Origin: an uncultured bacterium
GTDB taxonomy: Bacteria > Omnitrophota > Omnitrophia > Omnitrophales > Aquincolibacteriaceae
NCBI GenBank assembly: GCA_964482725.1
Contig: CAYZYT010000012.1
Location: forward strand, 1,310-65,309
Length of the DNA: 64,000 bases
Direction: 5' to 3'
This document shows positions 20,701 through 28,559 of the stretch, piece by piece (within the stretch, counting starts at the first letter, position 1; each line of letters opens with the position of its first letter). The notes under the pieces are model-generated. The model saw only the letters and a program-made list of their open reading frames with translations, was not told the DNA's origin and made no database searches. The translations under genes and the position numbers were made by a program.

Positions 20701-23700
20701 CTGCTATTTCCTGGCTCTGTAAATACTGCAGCGCCGGGACTGCGACTGGATCATTTACCGAATAATCAACAACATTAGCGCCATTGCGCCGATCCGGTTT
20801 TGCAGATATCAGGCCCGCACGAATGCCTTCCTTAGCAATCTCGACCGACAAGCCCACATTCTCCGTTTCACTGATCTCAACACTCACCGCTGTATCAGGA
20901 GAATTCTTTGACCTAAGCTTCTTTTGAGCCAGATCAGTTCGCACAAAATCCGGGATATCCATGTCCGCGGGCAGGAAAAAATAAAATCCATCATTACCTA
21001 TCTGGCGGTAGCCAATCGTAGGATTGCGATCACGAAGGTCCGTATCCAGGGCGCTGGCTTTTAATCTCTGAGGTTGCGTCTTCGGCTTCTCAGAAATGGC
21101 GAGGAGAGAATAATCGCTACCATTGGGTATGCCAAAAACATCATAAAATTTCGGAGCAGCGTATTCTCGTCCAAGTGCTGACTCCGTGGTGATATCTCCC
21201 CCTCTCGCCTTTTGAGCCGCCTTGATAAGCTCTTCTTTGGGACCCGTCAACCTCACCTCGGAGCGGCCAAGCTCAGCCTGGATCTGGGCGCGGCGTTCAT
21301 TCACATTCGTGAGCACATCCTGAGGCGCTGCCGGATTGTCGACCAACCACCGGTCGATCTCGGCAAGAGACGCCGCCAATTGAGCATTTGCCAAAACAGG
21401 AGCGAGTGCGCCATTTGCTGCTCGGCCCGCCTTCTCAAAACTCATATCCCGGTCGTCTGTCAGTTTAAGCCCGGGGCGACCGAGCACGTCTCTTAGCCAG
21501 GCATTCTGCTTAACCAAAGCCTTGATCTCCTTAACCAAAGCCATGATCTGTAACTTCAAGTAGCCCAGGTGCAAAAGACTTCCCACTCTCGTATCACCAA
21601 GGCGCGCGATCTGTGCGTTCCTCTGCGCGGCCGGCACGAACACCAACCAATGAAAGATGGAGGAAACTGCCGTGAATGCGAAAAGGCCGATGGAAAAAGA
21701 CAGGAGCTTTTGATATCCGACAAAGCTCATTCCGAACGAGCCTTGCCCGACACCGCCAACATACGGAAGAACCTGATCCGTTGTCATTGTTCCCGTCCAG
21801 GCAAATGCAACAAGCCCTGCGGAAATCCCCGTCGCCCATAACAGCCCTTCCATGATCTTCTCGCTCACCGCCCTCGCCTCGGCGCGAGGGATAGAACCGG
21901 ATATGACGGCATATAATCCGCCTGTTTGATCGGCGGTATTGAATGCACGCTCTCGGTCAACGCCTCCCTTTTTGGAGCTGGCTATGATTTCGTCAGCTCT
22001 TGGAAGCCTCCTCACCAGATCCAAAACCATGCCGCGGTCGGCTTCAGAGAGCATAAAATTGGCCGCGAGGGCGTCCTGAAAAACGTCACCTTCATAAACC
22101 GGCAGTTTTGAAGCGACATAGCCAACGTCTTTGAATGGCGCCCGCAGCAACTCTTCTGTCTGACGGAACAATTCTGCAAGATATCCGGCGTACTGAGCGA
22201 CAAAGACCGGATCATTCCATTTTTCCTCCGGAAGCATCCGGAGAAGCTGTTCGGTGGGTTCCTGCAACATCGGCATGCGATCAAACCACGCTGGCAGCCC
22301 CGCAGCCCCCTGTCCCCTCGCCTCGGAGCGGGGAACAAAGACATCATTCGGAGTCCATTTTTTGGGCCCAACCCAGGCATCAAATAATTTCTGAAGGTCA
22401 CTAACCTCTTTTCTGGGCGCAGGTTGGGTTGCTTCGATCCGATCAGCTAATGACCTGAGTCCCGCTATAATTTTGGTGCGTTCACCCTCCGCGACGGCAG
22501 CCGTTTGGATCTTTTTAAGTACCGTCCCCAGGTCCTGAAGACCGGTAACCAGCTGAAATCTTGTTTTATCGACTTCCCCTGACTTCGTCAGGAGCCCAGC
22601 TTTAGCTAGTAAGAGCACCCCACCAAGCATCTCTGCTTTAGTTGCCGAAGCCCCGCCGAAATTCATGATAGAAGCCGAAACCGCTCCTTGCCTGAGCGCC
22701 ATGCCACGCAAAACCTCTACCAACTCAGGCGCAGTGAAAGACAAATCGGCGAATTTCTGATCTCCCCGCGAGTGGACTTCTTCAGCTTGATTCTCCAACA
22801 TAAAGCTATACAGTCCGATCGCGACGGCTCCCCCCCTCGACTCGGCGCGGGCGGGCGTTGCGGTTAATCCGGGGAACTGCCCAATCGACAAAAGGTATTG
22901 GTTAAACGCCAGCATTACGCTAATAGCCTTTTCTGATCCAGCCGGCGCCGGACGCAACTCGGCATTTTGCCCAAACATAGGACTTACAGCTGTCGCTAAT
23001 TTCAATAGTTCAGCCTGGATATCCACTTCGTCTGTGTTCAGGCCTTTAACATACTCAATAGCGGCGAGCCACATCGGACGCTGGGACGGAATTCGCATCC
23101 CCGATTCACGCCGTTCTCCGGGTTGATCCGCCAGCCTCTGGAAGTGCGCTACAAGATCTGCGGCTTTAACCCTTACCTCGGAGCGGGCTGGAGATGCGGT
23201 GGATCCTGGAAATTGGCCGATCGAAAAAAGGTATTGGTTAAACGCCAGCATTACGCTAATAGCCTTTTCTGATCCAGCCGGCGCCGGACGCAACTCGGCA
23301 TTTTGCCCAAACATAGGACTTACAGCTGTCGCTAATTTCAATAGTTCAGCCTGGATATCCACTTCGTCTGTGTTCAGGCCTTTAACATACTCAATAGCGG
23401 CGAGCCACATCGGACGCTGGGACGGAATTCGCATCCCCGATTCACGCCGTTCTCCGGGTTGATCCGCCAGCCTCTGGAAGTGCGCTACAAGATCTGCGGC
23501 TTTAACCCTTATCTCGGCGCGGGCCACGGAAACTTCTGGCTTCCCAACATTGAGCAAGATCGTCTTAATGGGCGAAAAGGGGTCCGGCAGACGCGTCCCT
23601 GCGGAAGTTCTCGCGAAATCATAGGCAGGCAACCGCGTGTTCAGGGACTGTAGCACTTCAACCAACTTCTCATCCGGCATACTAGACATTTCTTTTAAGA

Positions 23701-26700
23701 GCGTACCCGCCGCGGATCTTACCCTTTCATCAAGTTCCAGTTGATTAGAAACACCCTCCAACGCCATCCGAATGATTTCTCGATCCCTCTCGGTCAATCT
23801 CACTTCGGCGCGGGCCACGGAAACTTCTGGCTTCCCAACATTGAGCAAGATCGTCTTAATGGGCGAAAAGGGGTCCGGCAGACGCGTCCCTGCGGAAGTT
23901 CTCGCGAAATCATAGGCAGGCAACCGCGTGTTCAGGGACTGTAGCACTTCAACCAACTTCTCATCCGGCATACTAGACATTTCTTTTAAGAGCGTACCCG
24001 CCGCGGATCTTACCCTTTCATCAAGTTCCAGTTGATTAGAAACACCCTCCAACGCCATCCGAATGATTTCTCGATCCCTCTCGGTCAATCTCACTTCGGC
24101 GCGGGCTTGTATAAATTGTTTTTCCGTGGCGCGGGCCCGTATAAATTCCTCTTCCGTGATTTCCCAGCCAGCCGGGATCTCTCTCGAATTAAAATCGACT
24201 GTCTTATTCGTGGCATTAAAAGGGATGCGCGCATATTGTCTCTCCCACACACCGTCAGCCCCAAGAACCTGATGCATCACAAAAATAGCGTCCTTTGAAA
24301 CAAAGCGCTCAAGAAGATTGGTAACATCCACGAATCCTTGATCTTTAAAGTGGACCGTAAAAACAGGGTTCGTCACCGTAGGCTCAACGATCTCGATATT
24401 GGCCGGCACCCCAGTCGCCGCAAGCGCCCCTGTAGCTTCCGGTACGGCGCTCGGAGCAACTTTAAGGCCCACGTCCATCACATCATTGGTTGTATACGCG
24501 TCGCGAAGATTCATCGCAAAGAATCCAGCCGCAGCAGCGTTTGTCAGCGGAAAAGATCTGTACCCGAAGTAGTTCGTACCGGGTTCAAACACGCCCTCGA
24601 TACCGGTCCCTTCGTTGTTCCAGCCAGTAAGCAAATTGGTACTGGAAATATAATCCGCAACCGCGTAAACCGGATTTGTTCCCGGGACCACGATGATAGG
24701 GGTCAAAACCATTTGCGCAGGCATGTTCGTCGTCGCCGGGACGAATTCCGGCTGGATCGAAATCTCCACTAAATTGGCGGAGAACGCCACACTCCCCATG
24801 ATCGAAAAGGCTACCGCCGTTGTCGCCAACTTCCCGGCCTTCGCCTTGCCTGGCTTGCGAATGGGTCTGATTAAATCTCCCGCATAGGGAAGAACCGCAG
24901 GGACAGAAGCCGGCGACATGGAGTATTTCCCGAACTGTGGCGCGGGCTCTTTCGGACGGAGATCACGCTCATTTTCCAAAATGGGTGCCAGAGCTTTCTG
25001 TGCCGCAATACCCGTAGTACCAAAGATCGTCCCGGATTCGACAAGAACGCCGCCCGGCAAAGCCATCTTTTCCGAGACCGTCGCAGCAACGGTCCCGTTG
25101 ATGGTCACGGATTGGGCCTCCGGCGAACTCGAACGGACCTTATAACTATCCTTGACGGGCTTTCCTTGAGCGTCCACTTCTTGAATGAGGGTGATGCCTT
25201 TTTTAACGGCGAGTTCCGACTGATTAAAAATCTCAACAACACCTGCAATGTTCTTATCCCCAACCCTGCTCATCGCTCCAAGAATCACAGCATATACTTC
25301 TTCGGGCCGGATACCCTGGGCTGCCAGAACGCCATCGCTCATAAGCTTTGACGCCATTTCAAGGTACGAGATCGAAAAAAGGTGCTCCCGATCCTGGAGC
25401 ATGGCGACACGGTATAAATTCTCATCGGACTTTTCGGAAAGACGCGGGGTGACGATGCCGTAGCTAATGGCGTTCTCCCTGAAAAGATCGCTCATGCCGT
25501 CGGTGTGGAAACCGCCGGTGATCAGAATGGCTTTGGTGATCTTCTTCTCTGCCATCTGGGACTGCATCTCTTTATAGAAGACGGCTTCACGCTTGTGAGC
25601 AAAATCATAGAACTCGAGGCCGGCAGTGAAAAGCTCATCCATCTTGGCGGCGAACTTAGGGGGCATCACATCACTAACAGACTGGCGACTAGAGACTGGA
25701 GACTGGAGGCTGGAAACCTTTTGACTTTGGTCTCTGGTCTCTGGTCTCTGGTCTGTGGTCCGTACGGCGCTTACCAGCCGTGCAGCAAGACTCGGAATCG
25801 CAACCTGGTCTTTATTCGAAAGCAGCTGCTGCCACTGTGTGCGATTGAGCTCAAGATGAAGAAGTTTACGCAAAAGCTCACCATCCCTATAAAGGGCGAG
25901 GAGTGCCTTCTGCTGAGGCTCCTGCGCTAAGGTATCGAGCATCTGCGTAAAAAGATATTCGATCTCCTCAAAAAGGACCTTGGGGTCCAGTTCCGATCGG
26001 AGAGTCACATAACCAGCAAAAAGACTGAACGCGGGATAATCGCTGAATTTAAAACCTTTGGGGCCGGCTTCCTGGGCCAGGCGTTCCAGCACTTCGCGCG
26101 GCGAAACTTCCGTAGCCGACTTCCCTACGGCAATACTTCCTTCATTGAAATTTTCAAGTGTCGCGAGAAGTTCTTTGGAAACTCCCTGGGTGCGAAGCAC
26201 CTTGATAAGCTTGGCCTGCTCTTCCTGCCCCTTCGTTTTATTCATATCTTTTTCCAGCTGCTGGATGACGAGAAGGCGTGAGATCTGCGGCCAGCCAACC
26301 TGAGCAAAAAGACTTTCAAGGTCAACGTTCAGGATCTTCTTGGATTTCACGGTAAGACTTTTGACGAAGGGCATGAAATCGCGGCGGCCCTGCTCGAAAC
26401 GCTTCCAGTCGGCGATCAGTTCCCGGGTCTCGGGTGAAAATGTTTGAGAAGCAACCTTGTCGAGTTTTCCGTCGAATCCTTTAAAGAAGTGCGACACATC
26501 GGCTTCAGCACCGAACACTTTTTTCAGAGCGTCATAGTTGGCCTTATATAAGGAAGCTTCTTCAATACCAAGAGCCTCGATATTCTTGTCAGCCTCCATC
26601 ATGTAGAGTTCGGCGCCGGTAAGCTCACCCTGCTTGGCAAGCTCATCACACAGCTTGAGATTGCGTTCCTGGTCCGGGAAGAGACGCAGGTAATCCGCGT

Positions 26701-27028
26701 CCAGTTTCTCAGAGGCTCCTTCGACGAAGATGGTCTTGAAACCATACTTCTTATTCATATGACCCAAAAGCTGCTTGATCTTCATCTGGGCCTGGTAATT
26801 GGCATGGGCATTCTGGATATGAAGAATGAATTGCGTATTAGCTCCGGCGGGCGCTTCATAGAGCGCATCCACAGTACCGAGTTCCGGAGGAATATCAATG
26901 CTCAGATAGGAAGGAAGCTCGCGCTGGCCGGCCATTTCGATTCCGGCGCCTGGGGCGGCTGAGACGCATTGCGTCGTCAGAAAGCAAAATAAGGTGCCCG
27001 TCGCAACCACCTTAAGCATGTTTTTCAC
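17726..27028 (-). CDS. Giant (3100 aa) secreted modular protein with an internal cassette array
   Basis: Uninterrupted ORF with a GTG start, AAGGGGG RBS and N-terminal signal peptide. Globular N-terminal domain (HIQNAH, FVEGA, GGFH), 13 R[AS]ExR junctions, and its own terminator. Confidence 0.9.
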   Translation of the reverse strand: MKNMLKVVATGTLFCFLTTQCVSAAPGAGIEMAGQRELPSYLSIDIPPELGTVDALYEAPAGANTQFILHIQNAHANYQAQMKIKQLLGHMNKKYGFKTIFVEGASEKLDADYLRLFPDQERNLKLCDELAKQGELTGAELYMMEADKNIEALGIEEASLYKANYDALKKVFGAEADVSHFFKGFDGKLDKVASQTFSPETRELIADWKRFEQGRRDFMPFVKSLTVKSKKILNVDLESLFAQVGWPQISRLLVIQQLEKDMNKTKGQEEQAKLIKVLRTQGVSKELLATLENFNEGSIAVGKSATEVSPREVLERLAQEAGPKGFKFSDYPAFSLFAGYVTLRSELDPKVLFEEIEYLFTQMLDTLAQEPQQKALLALYRDGELLRKLLHLELNRTQWQQLLSNKDQVAIPSLAARLVSAVRTTDQRPETRDQSQKVSSLQSPVSSRQSVSDVMPPKFAAKMDELFTAGLEFYDFAHKREAVFYKEMQSQMAEKKITKAILITGGFHTDGMSDLFRENAISYGIVTPRLSEKSDENLYRVAMLQDREHLFSISYLEMASKLMSDGVLAAQGIRPEEVYAVILGAMSRVGDKNIAGVVEIFNQSELAVKKGITLIQEVDAQGKPVKDSYKVRSSSPEAQSVTINGTVAATVSEKMALPGGVLVESGTIFGTTGIAAQKALAPILENERDLRPKEPAPQFGKYSMSPASVPAVLPYAGDLIRPIRKPGKAKAGKLATTAVAFSIMGSVAFSANLVEISIQPEFVPATTNMPAQMVLTPIIVVPGTNPVYAVADYISSTNLLTGWNNEGTGIEGVFEPGTNYFGYRSFPLTNAAAAGFFAMNLRDAYTTNDVMDVGLKVAPSAVPEATGALAATGVPANIEIVEPTVTNPVFTVHFKDQGFVDVTNLLERFVSKDAIFVMHQVLGADGVWERQYARIPFNATNKTVDFNSREIPAGWEITEEEFIRARATEKQFIQARAEVRLTERDREIIRMALEGVSNQLELDERVRSAAGTLLKEMSSMPDEKLVEVLQSLNTRLPAYDFARTSAGTRLPDPFSPIKTILLNVGKPEVSVARAEVRLTERDREIIRMALEGVSNQLELDERVRSAAGTLLKEMSSMPDEKLVEVLQSLNTRLPAYDFARTSAGTRLPDPFSPIKTILLNVGKPEVSVARAEIRVKAADLVAHFQRLADQPGERRESGMRIPSQRPMWLAAIEYVKGLNTDEVDIQAELLKLATAVSPMFGQNAELRPAPAGSEKAISVMLAFNQYLFSIGQFPGSTASPARSEVRVKAADLVAHFQRLADQPGERRESGMRIPSQRPMWLAAIEYVKGLNTDEVDIQAELLKLATAVSPMFGQNAELRPAPAGSEKAISVMLAFNQYLLSIGQFPGLTATPARAESRGGAVAIGLYSFMLENQAEEVHSRGDQKFADLSFTAPELVEVLRGMALRQGAVSASIMNFGGASATKAEMLGGVLLLAKAGLLTKSGEVDKTRFQLVTGLQDLGTVLKKIQTAAVAEGERTKIIAGLRSLADRIEATQPAPRKEVSDLQKLFDAWVGPKKWTPNDVFVPRSEARGQGAAGLPAWFDRMPMLQEPTEQLLRMLPEEKWNDPVFVAQYAGYLAELFRQTEELLRAPFKDVGYVASKLPVYEGDVFQDALAANFMLSEADRGMVLDLVRRLPRADEIIASSKKGGVDRERAFNTADQTGGLYAVISGSIPRAEARAVSEKIMEGLLWATGISAGLVAFAWTGTMTTDQVLPYVGGVGQGSFGMSFVGYQKLLSFSIGLFAFTAVSSIFHWLVFVPAAQRNAQIARLGDTRVGSLLHLGYLKLQIMALVKEIKALVKQNAWLRDVLGRPGLKLTDDRDMSFEKAGRAANGALAPVLANAQLAASLAEIDRWLVDNPAAPQDVLTNVNERRAQIQAELGRSEVRLTGPKEELIKAAQKARGGDITTESALGREYAAPKFYDVFGIPNGSDYSLLAISEKPKTQPQRLKASALDTDLRDRNPTIGYRQIGNDGFYFFLPADMDIPDFVRTDLAQKKLRSKNSPDTAVSVEISETENVGLSVEIAKEGIRAGLISAKPDRRNGANVVDYSVNDPVAVPALQYLQSQEIAGTTTVSLFDKNQIMSVVDMYRLIATGKAKVTDGGGGRQVFVSRSETRLDAARLARIKEALLSTLAGNTVEQNLVPELQSRGFVNVQPQAGWRINPGQVVFHNRSDHPDHGKVYIVLESDISSENMNGTAKVRVLSRGVDGWTNAQESEKNILLGDIQVVFELTARSEGRMEVVDAVAMNPAGLEQSLFGFRRGTVDAVQLLAAKDGEKITSAIQVSDAPDSWVGPVLVVQTLQGQHPIKFKVFDRVVMAKSAIKAVEMLKAPRAPGENIFATVEQAVRKIENSIYDNATPLNRGLGRMADSKLASLALRYSKSGNIPNRGAITQEIEQSFRELLLSHEKPERRDLIAQQLGQELLAPEFLQAIEKDPSLYARALSLYFGQMNDLKGVLDAVVRWNAEVPIGQNWNAQSAFVVEAARWIEAARSETRKGEFRVTQEGSEKNTRIIVKQVIKQREALVLSVDPRDPQNAALDLQKFLNGPMKTHYRKFPAAGQYDFVAEDGVVYRYPRNVRTLSARGKSFSPTVEGIKAALDSFNPQISTAPRAEVRDLAKEFKLDAAVVNALTERRAAYPLTPVYGIFDLESRIANAGRLDLESITPSKGNRPGILVRFALRRNDGVDRSQALESIKNYLDTVAKALQSNAYKVQRSDVALDASGYATLEVRIIPQILALLPRSEGRFTPGVVDIYKPEGRPVVEQQRRVLAEEVWVLLGKTPEVRRKLISTHFQRGVDSLADVLGQIIVPVQLEMLNAEDVAAMLTTLVALKAGDLNWQKFLSLAKNILENPIMAVSDKSGGMVTVKADAPSDEDFKNMSLRLGTKTQLVERFVIANDALFQDAAAQAVLKGAIQNVQNSFDHKGAKIGPRVQIEFKMRSSKSALANSAAAALMRGNAAITRANLTILIEEGLDLSGQFVGTVLRAQKQAQKRNAAIRSLLAGNVAQNGVDQTNALLRQQVGDNVLEKKGDGLYDINEILLEGLTKLWSDMLTQKATSVSA
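18674..24106 (-). repeat. 13 interspersed 15-18 bp junction repeats (CGC KCC GAG NNN AGG) delimiting 12 in-frame modules
   Basis: First base of the Arg codon (minus strand) at 24103, 23812, 23521, 23185, 22849, 22330, 21886, 21265, 20575, 20209, 19438, 19081 and 18688. Confidence 0.9.
22850..24103 (-). repeat. Two tandem module duplications (2 x 291 bp and 2 x 336 bp)
   Basis: 23522-23812 matches 23813-24103. 22850-23185 matches 23186-23521 except for one base in the junction and the last ~40 coding nt. Confidence 0.92.
25679..25761. repeat. Inverted heptamer tandem repeats inserted in frame in the giant gene
   Basis: (agactgg)n facing (tggtctc)n; encodes TTDQRPETRDQSQKVSSLQSPVSSRQS. Confidence 0.75.
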
Positions 27029-27207
27029 GACTACCCCCTTAGAAATCGAATTTATTAACGCTTTTTAAAGCTATAAGAAAACTCAACCAAATGTAACACA
27101 TAGAACGAAAATTTCAAGGGTCAAACGGACGATTTTATTAAAATAATTTTATTTTGCAAAAACAACACAACCCATTCTACCGTAATAAGATAAGCTGTCT
27201 TCATAGA

Positions 27208-27945
27208 TTAAACCTGTCGATTTTCCTGAAATTCAATGCCAAAACCAAGCTGTTCCTTCCGGATCTCCTTGCGGCGGACCTTCCCCGCAACATGATATTC
27301 CTCCGGAAAATTAGCGCTTGGGAATATATGGATCTCCACAGGAAGATTCTCTATAGGCTCAATGGCAATAATCTTCGCCGCCGTTTCAAGATTCAAATAT
27401 TCGACAAAGATCCCCCCCTGGCTGATATTCGTGACGATAGCTTTCGTGATGACTATCTCATTATCAGCGCTCGTGATCCGAAGCTCCACGGGGATAGCAA
27501 CATGCATACGATGGTTTCTCCGGCCATCCAGTTGAAAACCGAGTGACTCCTTGGGGGTTTTTGCCCCCGGATCCAAATACCGCTTATCGGGATCCTTATC
27601 ATAGAGAAACGGCCCAAAACTCTCTGCCACCTCTTTCTCATCCGCACAGATATCCACCTTTCCTGAGAAGCAATTATCCTCGAGAAAATTGGCCATATCG
27701 GGTGAGGCTCCGTAGAGCGCACTGTGTTTGGGTCGAATACAAACGGTCAGGAGCCGCCTAAGCCCTATAGTGTCCAAGGGGCCCGCCGCCTTAAAATTCA
27801 GAATGATCTGGTGAAAGTGGTGACGCCGGATACTCTTCTGGATCTTCCAGGCCACTTCCTGCACCGACTCAAAGGTCGGCTCACCCTTAAGGTCGAAAAC
27901 AGCAACCCCTCCGATCTCTCGTGTCGAATAATGAAATTTGCTCAT
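27208..27945 (-). CDS. STAS-like plus PilZ domain protein (probable c-di-GMP receptor)
   Basis: N-terminal STAS-like segment (VAVFDLKG, LDTIGL); PilZ motifs RRNHR and NISQGG; C-terminal GFGIEF. Confidence 0.75.
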   Translation of the reverse strand: MSKFHYSTREIGGVAVFDLKGEPTFESVQEVAWKIQKSIRRHHFHQIILNFKAAGPLDTIGLRRLLTVCIRPKHSALYGASPDMANFLEDNCFSGKVDICADEKEVAESFGPFLYDKDPDKRYLDPGAKTPKESLGFQLDGRRNHRMHVAIPVELRITSADNEIVITKAIVTNISQGGIFVEYLNLETAAKIIAIEPIENLPVEIHIFPSANFPEEYHVAGKVRRKEIRKEQLGFGIEFQENRQV

Positions 27946-28559
27946 AGCATTCTCCGCTTTCTGGAGCGCTCAGTGCGACGAAGTTCCCGGTGAAGCTTCG
28001 GGGACATGTAGCCCGAAAGGATATCGCCCTGATGAATAACACAAAACGTGAGAGGCCCGCCCCGGACATTCATTTTTGCGTCTCGAATCCCGTAGAGATC
28101 GTGGGTCATTTTTTTCTCCTTTACTTCAGTATTTACATCATTTCAAAAACTACTTTTATTACTTCCTAATAAAAACATAGCCTAACTATATTCTTTTGTC
28201 AATGCTACCAATCAAAATATCCACAGCAAAGCTCATTTATAGCAATGCATAGCAGAATTATTGATTTTTGAGCCATTTTTACACACAAAGATCATTTAGC
28301 GAGAGGATCACATGGCTATTGCTATCTCTTCAAAGCTTAAAACACAGCACAAGACACGGAAATAATCGCCTCAATAAACAACCCCTTTCCACCGCCTCGA
28401 AGATACAAAGAAATTATACCAATTATTGACTATTAGTCAATAATTGCTTCACCTATTACCATTTTTATAAACCCAGCAACGCTCTAAACAAAATGAATGG
28501 AGGATTACGCAGGGGCTCGGGACAGAAGCGCTCCCGAAAAAGCCTATCGCTCGTTTGAG

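Noticed and set aside
18674-24106. Junction motif as internal Shine-Dalgarno/start sites
   Set aside because: GAGG-like sequence is followed by ATG or TTG in only 5 of 13 copies and the spacing is too short. Not excluded, but weaker than the recombination or cleavage models.
17726-27028. Diversity-generating retroelement or intein explanation for the giant-gene repeats
   Set aside because: No reverse transcriptase in the window, differences between duplicates are not adenine-specific, and there are no intein Cys/His-Asn termini at the junctions.
27950-28110. c-di-GMP-I riboswitch or hammerhead ribozyme upstream of the PilZ gene
   Set aside because: GACGCAAA (minus strand) and CTGATGA (plus strand) are present, but the required stems, GNRA loop and GAAA core are not.
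28110-28500. Replication origin
   Set aside because: AT-rich, but I see only one near-match DnaA box (atatccaca), no dnaA nearby and no switch in gene orientation.
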